Positions 33,192 to 42,903 of a stretch of 64,000 nucleotides of DNA are shown here, piece by piece (position 1 is the first letter of the stretch; each line of letters starts with the position of its first letter). Source of the DNA: Anaerolineales bacterium (GTDB lineage: Bacteria; Chloroflexota; Anaerolineae; Anaerolineales; E44-bin32); assembly GCA_037379555.1 (NCBI GenBank), contig JARRJK010000013.1, forward strand, positions 3,514-67,513, given 5' to 3'. The position numbers and the translations under genes were made by a program. The notes beneath the pieces are model-generated. The model worked only from the letters and a program-made list of their open reading frames with translations. It did not search any database and was not told where the DNA came from.

Positions 33192-34277
33192 ATGGACGAC
33201 GTTCGCCAAACGACTTTCCGAACACACCTGGCCGCCGCCGGCGTGCTGCTCCTGCTGGCTATGCTCTTCTTTTACTTCCTCATGCAATCGCGCCCGGCCA
33301 GGCCCGAAAGGGCAGCTGCGCTTTCCGGGCAGGTTTTTGTTTCTGTCTACTTCAGCGAGCCCGGATCCCCGGCCGCGAGCTCACTGCGCGGCGGTCCGGA
33401 CGCCGAGCTTGCTGCGGCGATCGACGGAGCGCGTTTCTCGGTCGATATGGCCGCCTACCGTCTGGACCTGTGGAGCTTGCGCGATGCATTGGTCGATGCT
33501 AAAAGGCGCGGCGTGAGAGTACGGCTTGTGATTGAAGGCGACCACGCAGCTGCCCCGGAGGTAGAAGCCATCCGCCGGGCTGGAATTGAAGTTGTCTCGG
33601 ATCAGCGTGATCCGCTCATGCATCATAAGTTTGTTGTGATCGATCGCTACGAGGTGTGGACCGGTTCGATGAATTTCACACTGAATGGCGCTTACCGCAA
33701 CAACAACAACCTGATCCGAATTCAATCCAGTGAACTGGCTGTGGCTTATCAGGATGAATTTGAAGAGATGTTTCTGGAAAAACGGTTCGGTGCGCTGTCC
33801 GCGCCCGACCGACCCCGTGACAGAATCGAGATCGGAGACGGGTGGGTGATTGCCTATTTTTCTCCCGACGTGGATGTCGCCGGAGCGCTGGATCCATGGC
33901 TTGCCTCCGCCCAGGAGGAGATCATACTGTTAGCCTTCAGCTTCACCAGCGATATGCTTGCCGATCGGTTGATCGAGAGGATGGAGGCCGGCGTGGGCGT
34001 AGCAGGAGTTTTCGAGGCCTCACAAGCTTCGAATACGGGTGGTGAGTATGACCGGCTGGCTGCAGCCGGCGCCGAGCTGCAGCTCGATGGCAACCCGCAT
34101 GACATGCACCATAAGGTGATCATCATCGATCGGACACTCATCGTCACCGGTTCCTACAACTTCAGCCGGGCTGCAGAGGAAGAGAATGACGAAAACCTGC
34201 TCCTGCTTTACAGCCCTGACGTAGCCAAGGAATACTTGATAGAATTCAGCCGCCTGGACCAGGCAGCAGCTCGATGA
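33192..34277 (+). CDS. Membrane-anchored tandem-HKD phospholipase D-family (Nuc-like nuclease) protein
   Basis: N-terminal TM helix. Two HKD motifs: HHKFVVIDRYEVWTGSMNFT and HHKVIIIDRTLIVTGSYNFS. Confidence 0.8.
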   Translation: MDDVRQTTFRTHLAAAGVLLLLAMLFFYFLMQSRPARPERAAALSGQVFVSVYFSEPGSPAASSLRGGPDAELAAAIDGARFSVDMAAYRLDLWSLRDALVDAKRRGVRVRLVIEGDHAAAPEVEAIRRAGIEVVSDQRDPLMHHKFVVIDRYEVWTGSMNFTLNGAYRNNNNLIRIQSSELAVAYQDEFEEMFLEKRFGALSAPDRPRDRIEIGDGWVIAYFSPDVDVAGALDPWLASAQEEIILLAFSFTSDMLADRLIERMEAGVGVAGVFEASQASNTGGEYDRLAAAGAELQLDGNPHDMHHKVIIIDRTLIVTGSYNFSRAAEEENDENLLLLYSPDVAKEYLIEFSRLDQAAAR

Positions 34278-34301
34278 AGTTGAACGGGGAGGGAATGCAG
34301 C

Positions 34302-36764
34302 ATGAGTGGCGAAAACGAGTTCTTTATTGGCCGCAGCTACGACTTGAAGGGGGAAAAGCTGGGGGAGGAGATCTACTACGACCCTGATGATCTGACGACG
34401 CACGGCGTTGTGGTAGGGATGACAGGGTCAGGAAAAACCGGCCTGTGCGTTGACATTCTCGAGGAAGCCGCCCTGCAAGGCATCCCGGCGCTGATCGTCG
34501 ATCCAAAGGGGGATATCGCCAATCTGCTGCTGCATTTTCCAAACCTTGCCCCGGCTGATTTCAAGCAATGGGTCGATCCGGATGAAGCCCGGCGCGAAGG
34601 AATCAGCATTGAGGAATTGGCAGGGCAGGAAGCGACGAAATGGAGCCAGGGCCTTGAAAAGTGGGGTATCGGCTCGGAGAGGATGGATCGCGTACGTGAA
34701 GCTGCTGAATACGCCGTGTACACCCCGGGCTCCGACGCCGGTATTCCGGTCAGCATTCTGGCTTCGCTGAAGTCCCCCGGACTCGCCTGGGAGGAAAACC
34801 GCGAGCTGCTGCGCGAGAAAGTATCCAGCACCGTCACTGCGCTGCTCGGGCTGGTTGGCATCGAGGCCGACCCGGTCCGCTCACGCGAACACATTCTGCT
34901 GGCCAACCTGTTCGAAGCGAGCTGGCAAGCCGGCAAGGATATGGACTTGATGGAGCTGATCCGCCAGATCCAATCGCCGCCGATGGCGCGCCTGGGTGCG
35001 TTCGAACTGGATCAGTTCTACCCCGAAGATGATCGCTTTGAACTCGCAATGCTGCTGAACAACCTGCTCGCGTCGCCGACCTTCGAGGCCTGGGTCGAGG
35101 GCGTACCGCTCGATATTGAGAGCCTGCTCTGGTCGAATGGGAAACCACGCCATAGCGTTTTCTACCTGGCCCATCTTCCCGAGAGTGAGCGCATGTTCTT
35201 CGTAACGCTGCTGATGACGGCTGTCGAAAGCTGGATGCGAAGCGAGTCGGGTTCATCCACGCTGAAAGCCCTGATCTACTTCGACGAGGTGCTTGGCTAC
35301 CTGCCTCCGGTCGCCGTCCCACCTTCCAAACCGCCGATGCTGCGCTTGTTGAAGCAAGCCCGCGCCTTCGGCGTTGGGCTGTTGCTAACAACGCAGAATC
35401 CCGTCGATCTGGATTACAAGGCCTTGAGCAACGCCGGAACGTGGTTCATCGGCAAGCTGCAGACCGAGCAGGACAAGGCACGCCTGCTGGACGGTTTGGA
35501 ATCGTCGGATTCGGGCGCAGCGCTGGAGCGTGATGATATCGATCGCTTGATCTCACAGTTGAGTAGCCGGGTGTTTATTTTGCACAACGTGCACGAGAAA
35601 GCGCCCAGGGTTTTCCACACTCGATGGGCGATGGCCTATCTTCGTGGTCCGATTACGCGCGAACAAATCCGCCCGCTCAACGAACTGGTGCATGCCAGCA
35701 CTGCTGCCACTGCTGTAGCAGCGACGCCCGATGGCGCAGCCGCTCGTCCGCCGGCCGACTCGGCGCTTAGCGCAACTAGGCCGGCGGTACCCCAGGGGAC
35801 GGCGGAATACTTTCTGCCGGGCAACCTGACCGCCTCGGACGCCCTGCAAGCGGCCGGGCGGACAGTAGAGACAGCGCAGGCCGAAGGATTGATGTATCGT
35901 CCGACTTTGCTGGCTCAGGCGGCGGTCCGCTATCTCGACCGCAAGCACGGGATCGATCAACTGGAGAGCACTGCCGCCATCGTCGATGAAGCAGACCGCA
36001 GTGGAGTGGTGCGTTGGGAGGATTGGATCAACCCGGCCCTGGAAGCAGCGGATCTTGACCACCCCCCGGCGCCCGAAGCGCTCTACGCAGATCTGTTCTC
36101 ACCCTTCAATGAGCCAGTCCAGCTCCGTTCGCTCGAAGCCGATTTCAAGGACTACATTTATCACAGCCAGGGGCTCAAGCTCTTTTCCAACGCCGAGCTC
36201 GAGCTTCTGGCTGAACCCGGTACAACCGAGGCCGGATTCCGGGAGCAGCTCAGCGAGGCGGCGCGTAAAGCCCGTGATGAGGAAGTTGAGGCCCTCAAGG
36301 ACAAGTACGAGAACAAGGTCGACCGCGTGCAGGATAAGCTGACAAAGGAAGAGCGTGAGCTGGCGGAAGATGAATCCGAGCTGTCGGCGCGCAAGATGGA
36401 AGAACTGGCGACGCACGCTGAGAACATCCTCGGCCTGTTCAGCGGCTCACGCAGCCGGCGGCGGGTTTCGTCATCCCTGACCAAGCGCCGCATGACCGGC
36501 AAAGCCAAGGCCGATGTGGAGGAATCGCAGCAGGTGATCGAAGACCTGAGAAAAGAACTGGTCGAGATCGAAGCCGAACTGAAGGCTGAGGTTGAACAAA
36601 TCCACGACCGCTGGGCCGCGATTGCCAGCGAGGTCGAGGAGACGGTCATCACGCCCTACAAGAAGGACATCCGGGTTGAGTACTTCGGAATCGCCTGGAA
36701 GCCATATTGGCGGATCCGGGCGGATGATGAATCGTTCGAGCTTCCGGCTTACGAAGCGCGCTAA
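34302..36764 (+). CDS. YjgR/DUF853-like (HerA/FtsK-superfamily) P-loop ATPase with a roughly 330-aa C-terminal coiled-coil extension
   Basis: Walker A GMTGSGKTG followed by ALIVDPKGD. Walker B LIYFDEV. GVGLLLTTQNPVDLD parallels E. coli YjgR GVGVYFVSQNPSDIP. The C-terminus is rich in heptad-like EEVEALKDKYENKVDRVQDKL... Confidence 0.7.
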   Translation: MSGENEFFIGRSYDLKGEKLGEEIYYDPDDLTTHGVVVGMTGSGKTGLCVDILEEAALQGIPALIVDPKGDIANLLLHFPNLAPADFKQWVDPDEARREGISIEELAGQEATKWSQGLEKWGIGSERMDRVREAAEYAVYTPGSDAGIPVSILASLKSPGLAWEENRELLREKVSSTVTALLGLVGIEADPVRSREHILLANLFEASWQAGKDMDLMELIRQIQSPPMARLGAFELDQFYPEDDRFELAMLLNNLLASPTFEAWVEGVPLDIESLLWSNGKPRHSVFYLAHLPESERMFFVTLLMTAVESWMRSESGSSTLKALIYFDEVLGYLPPVAVPPSKPPMLRLLKQARAFGVGLLLTTQNPVDLDYKALSNAGTWFIGKLQTEQDKARLLDGLESSDSGAALERDDIDRLISQLSSRVFILHNVHEKAPRVFHTRWAMAYLRGPITREQIRPLNELVHASTAATAVAATPDGAAARPPADSALSATRPAVPQGTAEYFLPGNLTASDALQAAGRTVETAQAEGLMYRPTLLAQAAVRYLDRKHGIDQLESTAAIVDEADRSGVVRWEDWINPALEAADLDHPPAPEALYADLFSPFNEPVQLRSLEADFKDYIYHSQGLKLFSNAELELLAEPGTTEAGFREQLSEAARKARDEEVEALKDKYENKVDRVQDKLTKEERELAEDESELSARKMEELATHAENILGLFSGSRSRRRVSSSLTKRRMTGKAKADVEESQQVIEDLRKELVEIEAELKAEVEQIHDRWAAIASEVEETVITPYKKDIRVEYFGIAWKPYWRIRADDESFELPAYEAR

Positions 36765-36788
36765 AACCTGTAAATCCGCGAGCATCCA

Positions 36789-36821
36789 CGGTGCTGCCGA
36801 TTCGGCAGCACCGTTTTGTTT
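36789..36821. terminator. Strong intrinsic terminator
   Basis: CGGTGCTGCCG-ATT-CGGCAGCACCG is a perfect 11-bp stem, followed by TTTTGTTT. It lies between convergent genes. Confidence 0.75.
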
Positions 36822-36973
36822 CCCATGCATTCTGTTTCCAGTACCGCGCTTCGTTCTTCCGCTTTCGATGATGCCGCAGGCCAGGTGCTGAGGGAGCCCC
36901 TTTCCGGGGCATGAAACAGCCCCCGCCGACCTGCGAACGCACGATCACGTGACCGGGCGAAATGATGCTTGGG

Positions 36974-38273
36974 TCATTCAAGATCGGTCCGGTGATGGCG
37001 CAGCCAGAACGCCCACAAAATACCGGGTAGCAGCGTCGCGATTCCGAGGGCTCCAAGCAGCCCGCCTGTGGAAAGTCCGGAGCTGTCGAGAGCCCAACCG
37101 CCCGCTGCAGCGCCGATCGCGCTGGCCAGCGTGAAAAGGGCGAATTCGGTCGAGAAAACCCGCCCGCGCACCCTGTCTGGGGCGAGCTGAAAGAGCAACT
37201 GCGTCGAGAAGACCCAATTAATGCCGCCGCCGAAGGTGCGTAGTGCGTTTCCGAACAGGACGAGTGCGAAGCTCGCCAGCGGGGCGCTGATGAGCAAGCC
37301 GGCTGCAGTGACGGCATATCCCAGGGCGATCGCGACTGCCATTGGTTGCCTGCGATCGCCTGTCAGACGGCGTGCCAGAACAGGACCGAGCCCGGTTCCG
37401 ATCCCGGCCGCCGTGTAGAGCAAGCCCAGGCTGATCCCTCCTCCCTCACCGATGACGAAGATCCGCTCGGCGATCCTGACCTGAATCACCTGATAGGCAC
37501 CGTTCGACATCAGGCTGATAGCAGCCTTGTGCAGGGCGACGAGCAGGATCACCGGACGTGCGGTGAGGTAACGCAAGCCATACATAGTCTCCCAGGACAG
37601 CTGCCGGCCGCAGGTCGGCGCTGACCTCCCCAGGAGCATGAGTGTATGCAATTCTGCTGATGAACATGGCAGAGAGCAGGAAGGTCAGGCTATCGACGAT
37701 GAACGCCGGCTGAAAGCCCCAGCCGCCGGCTACAAGTCCACCCAGGGCGGCACCGACAGCGAGCATAATCGACCATGTGACGGAGGTCAGGGTATTGGCA
37801 GTCCCCAGCTCGGCGCGTGTGACCAGGTCTGGCAAGACGGCGTTGCGGGTTGGGAAGAAGATGCCGGTGATGGCGAGTTGGACCGCGGTCAGCAAATAGA
37901 GCAACCAGACATCGCCGGCGGAGCGGACGAGCAGGAAGCCGAGTACGACCAGCGCTCGTGCCATATCGCTGAGGATCAGGATATGCTTCCGGTTGTAGCG
38001 GTCTGCGAGCACGCCCCCGATTGGGCTGATCAAGAACGGTGCCAGCATCCGCACGACGAACAGGCCGCCGATCGCCAGGCCCGATCCCGTCAGCTGGCCG
38101 ATGAGTGACGCCGAGGCGATCAGGTTGAACCAGTCGCCGAGCAGACTGATGATCTGTCCGAACCACAGGTTGCGGAAGTTGGCGTTGGCGCGCGCCAGCT
38201 GAAGGTAGCCGACCGGGGATTTCCTGTTCTCAAGCTCTCGCGCCGGGCTGCGCCCGGAGGATGAATGCGGCAA
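36974..38273 (-). pseudogene. MFS transporter (EntS/MFS_3-like) interrupted by a frameshift
   Basis: Track ORFs 37446..38273 (N-terminal 6-TM half, ...LADRYNRK...) and 36974..37651 (C-terminal half, SWETMYGLRYL...) overlap in different frames. The meaningful sequence switches frame between about 37598 and 37650. Confidence 0.7.
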
Positions 38274-38318
38274 TCCTGACCTCTCGGCTTTAGCGGCGGA
38301 ACAGTGGCCTATTGTACG

Positions 38319-40088
38319 CTATCGGGCGGATTTCCGAACCACGTGGACCGAGTCCAGTTCCTCCACCATCACCTCCTGTACCTGGGCTGCGTAGGCAGCC
38401 GCATACCATTTGCTCTCCTGGAGCAGCTTCTCATGGGTTCCCAGGGAGGTGATTTTTCCGCCTTCAAACACGATGATTCGATCGAGATGCTCAAAACCGA
38501 TCAGCCGGTGAGTCGCGATCAGCGTCGTGCGCGAGCGCATCAATTCCCGGAGTGTTCGCAGCAGGGCGGTGCGTGCAGGATGGTCGAGGTGGGCATCGAA
38601 CTCATCCAGGATCAGGATCGGAGCTGCATGCAGTATTGTCCGGGCGATGGCCACCCGCTGCCTTTCGCCTGCACTGAGGGTTAGGCCGCGTTCACCAATC
38701 CAGGTATCCAGGCCGTCTGGAAGCGAGGACAGAAAATCACTGAGTCTGGCTTGCGTGATGGCATACATGAGTTCGTCATCGCCTGCTTGGGGCCGGGCGA
38801 GTAGCAGATTGTCACGCAGCGTACCAGTGAAGAAATCAGTTCGCTGGGTGATGACCGACATGCGTGCGCGCACCGCGGCCGGATCAAGAGAGACTAGGTC
38901 CACGTCACCAAGGAAGATCCGGCCATCTTCGAACGGCCACAGACGGGTGAGGATGCTGATGAGCGTCGATTTACCAGCTCCACTCGGTCCTACCAGCCCA
39001 AGAGAAGCCCCTTGTGGCAGGCGGAGATCTACCTGGGAGAGTGCGAGCGGTTCGCCGGGGTGATAGCGGAAACTCAAGCCAGATATCTCGAGGTGGTACC
39101 TGTCAGGCATCGGCACCGGCGACGCAGGAGGTTGAACGGAGACAGGGCGATCGGCGAGTTCAAACAGCCGACGCGCGGCGGCAGTCTGTTTATCAAGCCG
39201 CCGGAAGGTCTCGCTCAATGGAGCGATCGCTTCGGAAGAGGCCACCAATGCCAGCAGCAGCACGGGCAGCATGTAGCCCGGAATCGCTGCTTCCAGGATG
39301 CGGGGAATCAGCGTCAGGATCAAAGCAAGCACGGTCAGGTCCGTGAGTAATCCCGGGATGGCTTCAGCAAATCCTTGCAGGCGTGCTGCGCGCAGCTGAT
39401 CGTCGGCGAACGTGGTTTCCAACTTCGCGAGCAGATCTTCCTGGCGCTGCGTGGCTCCCGCCAGCAGCAGATCTGGGAGGCCTTGGATCAGGTCCAACTG
39501 CGCAACCTGCATACGCGAGCGGAGCAAGATTAACTGCGAACCGACACTTCTTGAGAGTGCAAGCATGATCAGAGGCATGATCAGTCCGCCGAGCAGGAAG
39601 AAACCAGCCAGTTCGAATCCCAGGCGAATGTCGAATGTTGCCAGGAAGAAAGCCCCGGCCAATGCGCTTCCCAATGCCACGCCGAGCGGTGCCAGGCCCC
39701 GCACGAAGAAGTCGTCCAGCGTTTCGATATCACTGACGATGCGTGTCAGCAGGTCGCCGGAATGAAGGCCGGCCAATCCGGCGGGGGCAAGCGGCCCGAT
39801 CCGATTGAAAAACGAGGTTCGCAAATGGGCGAGAATTTGAAATGCGACCGAGTGCGTCGTCAGGCGTTCGAGGTAGCGCAGGATGCCGCGCAAAAGGCCA
39901 AAAGCCCGGACAGCCACAATTGCCACCTGGAGCTCGGCAATAGATGGCTGCAGCGCCGCGCGCGCGATCAGATAGGCCGATGTCGACAATAGGCCCACAC
40001 CGGCGGCGACGGTCGCGGTTCCGAGCAGCACCGAGAGCAGCATCCGGCCGGTATAGGGCAGGCTGAGGCGAAACAGGCGCAGGATCAC
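38319..40088 (-). CDS. cydC: Thiol reductant ABC exporter subunit CydC
   Basis: 6-TM permease domain plus ABC ATPase (GPSGAGKST, LSAGERQR, ILDEF). Follows cydD and cydAB. Confidence 0.8.
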   Translation of the reverse strand: MILRLFRLSLPYTGRMLLSVLLGTATVAAGVGLLSTSAYLIARAALQPSIAELQVAIVAVRAFGLLRGILRYLERLTTHSVAFQILAHLRTSFFNRIGPLAPAGLAGLHSGDLLTRIVSDIETLDDFFVRGLAPLGVALGSALAGAFFLATFDIRLGFELAGFFLLGGLIMPLIMLALSRSVGSQLILLRSRMQVAQLDLIQGLPDLLLAGATQRQEDLLAKLETTFADDQLRAARLQGFAEAIPGLLTDLTVLALILTLIPRILEAAIPGYMLPVLLLALVASSEAIAPLSETFRRLDKQTAAARRLFELADRPVSVQPPASPVPMPDRYHLEISGLSFRYHPGEPLALSQVDLRLPQGASLGLVGPSGAGKSTLISILTRLWPFEDGRIFLGDVDLVSLDPAAVRARMSVITQRTDFFTGTLRDNLLLARPQAGDDELMYAITQARLSDFLSSLPDGLDTWIGERGLTLSAGERQRVAIARTILHAAPILILDEFDAHLDHPARTALLRTLRELMRSRTTLIATHRLIGFEHLDRIIVFEGGKITSLGTHEKLLQESKWYAAAYAAQVQEVMVEELDSVHVVRKSAR

Positions 40089-41815
40089 CGTTTCCTCCCG
40101 CTTGCAACCGCCAACCTGGCATATGGTCCGTCTGTCTCAAGCAGCGAGGCATGCGTCCCTGCCTGGACCACGCGCCCGGATTCCATGATGATCACATTTT
40201 CAGCCAGTCTCGCTGTTCCCAGCCGATGTGTGATGATGACGGCTGTGCGGTCGGCAAGCAGTTCACGCAGCATGCCCAGCAGGGAAGCTTCCGTCAGCGG
40301 ATCAAGGTTGGCGGTCGCTTCATCAAGCACCAGCAGCGGCGCATCCTTCAAGCACGCCCTGGCGAGTGCGACGCGCTGGACCTGGCCGGCGCTGAGGCGC
40401 AGGCCGCGTTCTCCCAGAGGGGTATCGTAGCCTGCGGGCAGAGCGAGCAATTCCTGATGCAGGCCTACCGAACGTGCGGCACGGACCACCTGCTCAAAGG
40501 ATGCCTCCGGTCTGGCAAGCCGGATATTCTCGAGCGCGCTGCAGGCAAAAAGATGCGGGTTCTGCGGAACCCATGCGATCTGCTTGCGCCAGGAGCGAAG
40601 GGGGATCGACGCCAGCGGTTTGCCGTCGACGAGGATCTGGCCGGAATCCGGATCGATGAAGCGCAGCAGCAGCTTTGTCAGCGTCGTTTTCCCACATCCG
40701 CTAGGACCGAGAACTGCGATCTGCTCGCCGGCGCGTAGGCGGAAATCAAGCTCGTCAACAGCGTCCAGGCTCCGGCCCGGATAACTGAAGGACACTCGCT
40801 CGAATGCGATCTCGCGAGGGATAATCCCGGCGGTGTGGGCCCTCACCGGGCGCTCCGGCGAGGAGATCTCGATGATGTCATACATTCGCGTGGCGGCCTC
40901 AAACCCGGCCATGCCGGCGTGGAAGCGGGCGCCGAGCGCGCGCAGCGGCGCATAAAACTCAGGCGCGAGCAGCAGGATGAAGAACGCTGCCTCGAAGTCC
41001 AGCCGCCCGTAGAGCAGACGCAGCCCAATCTCCACAGCAACGATGGCTGTCCCGAGCATGGCAACCCATTCTAGGATCAGCGCCGAAAGAAATGTCACCC
41101 GCAGGACTTCCATTGTCGAGTGCCGGAAGCGGTCCCCGGCGCGCGCGATGCGTTCGCTCTGGGCGCGCAGCTGACCGAGCAGTTTAAGTGTCGTGAGGCC
41201 CTGCAGCGAATCGAGCAGAATTGCGCTCAACCAGCCCAAGGAGCGCCAGCGCTGGACCGTCATGCGCTCAGCTCTGTCGCCGATCAGGATCATGAACAGA
41301 GGGATCAGTGGACCGGTGACCAACAGCACGAGCGCTGTGACGAGGTCGATCGGAGCGAGGGTGACGAGCATTGCGAAGGGTATGGCTGCTGCCAGAACGA
41401 GCTGAGGGAGGTAGCCTCCGAGGTATGCATCCAGGGCTTCCATACCTTCTGTGAGAGAAATCAACAGATAGCCGCTTCGCTGCTCGTTAAGCCATTGCGG
41501 ACCGAGATGGACGATGGCAGACGTGAGGTGTGTGCGCAGCCTGCGTTTAATTTGATTTGCCCCGGACTGGGCGCGGTCATGCTGGGCGACATGCAGCGGC
41601 ATCTTAAGCAAGGCCAGCGCAAGCCAGCCCAGGAGCAAGGGGAGTACTGCCGTTGCATCCTGCCGCTCGAGGAATATGCGGGCAACCACGCGGCTTAGCA
41701 GGTACGCCTGGAGGATTGTGATCAGTGCGCTGATCAAGCCGAGCAGAATGGTCAGGCCGAGATCACGCGAGGCTGGCCGGATCGAGGCCAGCAAGCGGCG
41801 TTCGATTCTCAACAC
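40085..41815 (-). CDS. cydD: Thiol reductant ABC exporter subunit CydD
   Basis: Permease domain plus ATPase (GPSGCGKTT, LSAGQVQR, VLDEA). ATGA-type overlap with cydC. Confidence 0.8.
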   Translation of the reverse strand: MLRIERRLLASIRPASRDLGLTILLGLISALITILQAYLLSRVVARIFLERQDATAVLPLLLGWLALALLKMPLHVAQHDRAQSGANQIKRRLRTHLTSAIVHLGPQWLNEQRSGYLLISLTEGMEALDAYLGGYLPQLVLAAAIPFAMLVTLAPIDLVTALVLLVTGPLIPLFMILIGDRAERMTVQRWRSLGWLSAILLDSLQGLTTLKLLGQLRAQSERIARAGDRFRHSTMEVLRVTFLSALILEWVAMLGTAIVAVEIGLRLLYGRLDFEAAFFILLLAPEFYAPLRALGARFHAGMAGFEAATRMYDIIEISSPERPVRAHTAGIIPREIAFERVSFSYPGRSLDAVDELDFRLRAGEQIAVLGPSGCGKTTLTKLLLRFIDPDSGQILVDGKPLASIPLRSWRKQIAWVPQNPHLFACSALENIRLARPEASFEQVVRAARSVGLHQELLALPAGYDTPLGERGLRLSAGQVQRVALARACLKDAPLLVLDEATANLDPLTEASLLGMLRELLADRTAVIITHRLGTARLAENVIIMESGRVVQAGTHASLLETDGPYARLAVASGRKR

Positions 41816-41865
41816 CGCGCCTGTGTTTCAATCAACTGCCCGGAACCGGAGCGCGCGGGAGCCAT

Positions 41866-42879
41866 TCAGTATTCCAGACTCGATTCATGCGAGATGCGCC
41901 CGCGAAAGATGTAGTAAGACCAGCCTTGATAGGCCAGCACCAGGGGGAGAAAAATCAGGGCGATGATCGTCATTGTGCGCAGCGTGTAGTGGGATGAAGC
42001 CGCATTGTAGATCGTCAGGCTCCAATCCGGGTTGAGGCTGGATACGAGAACGCGTGGATGCAGGCCGCGAAAGATCGTCAGCGTTGAGAAGACGATGCAT
42101 ACACCGGTCATGATGAATGCCCATCCCCCGCGGCGCTGCCGGATGAACCAGCCGGCGACGAGCATGGCCGCGCCGGCGCTGAGCGGGATCACGCCGGGAT
42201 TGATGCCAAGCCGCTGATACATGTCCGTCACGAAGTACCCCCCGCCGACCGCGAACATGCCAGCGACGACAGCGATCGGCCACAGGCGCCAGGCTGCCTT
42301 GAACGCACGAGTGCGCAGAGGGTCGTCGAGCTTGAACGTCAGAAACAGTGCGCCGTGGAGAGTGAAGATAACAAGTGAAGCGATCCCGGAAATCAGCGCG
42401 TAGGGATTGAGCAGGTTCCAGAACCCGCCGGTGTAGGTCATGGAGGCGTTGATCGGGAGACCTTCCAGCATGTTGCTCATGGCGACGCCCCAGAGCAGCG
42501 CCGGCACTGCGCTGCCCGCACACAGCATCCAGTCCCAGGCATGCCGCCAGCGCGGGTCTTCGACCTTGCTGCGGAATTCAAACGCCACCCCCCGCACGAT
42601 CAGGGCCAGCAACATGATCACCAGCGGAATGTATAGTGCGCTGAAGAGGCTTGCGTACCAGTGCGGGAACGCTGCGAACATCGCGCCGCCGGCGGTTATC
42701 AGCCACACCTCATTGCCATCCCAGAAAGGGCCGATGGTGTTGATCATCATCCGGCGCTCTTTATCATCTCGCGCCAGGAATGGGAGCAGGATTCCCACAC
42801 CGTAATCAAAGCCTTCCAGGAAAAAGAAGCCGACAAACAGGACTGTAATCAGAATGAACCAGAGGTTGTTGAGATCCAT
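41866..42879 (-). CDS. cydB: Cytochrome bd ubiquinol oxidase subunit II
   Basis: 337 aa. The N-terminus MDLNNLWFILITVLFVGFFFLEGFDYGVG is typical of CydB. Confidence 0.9.
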   Translation of the reverse strand: MDLNNLWFILITVLFVGFFFLEGFDYGVGILLPFLARDDKERRMMINTIGPFWDGNEVWLITAGGAMFAAFPHWYASLFSALYIPLVIMLLALIVRGVAFEFRSKVEDPRWRHAWDWMLCAGSAVPALLWGVAMSNMLEGLPINASMTYTGGFWNLLNPYALISGIASLVIFTLHGALFLTFKLDDPLRTRAFKAAWRLWPIAVVAGMFAVGGGYFVTDMYQRLGINPGVIPLSAGAAMLVAGWFIRQRRGGWAFIMTGVCIVFSTLTIFRGLHPRVLVSSLNPDWSLTIYNAASSHYTLRTMTIIALIFLPLVLAYQGWSYYIFRGRISHESSLEY

Positions 42880-42903
42880 GGGGTCCCTCCAGGTTGTTGC
42901 CGA

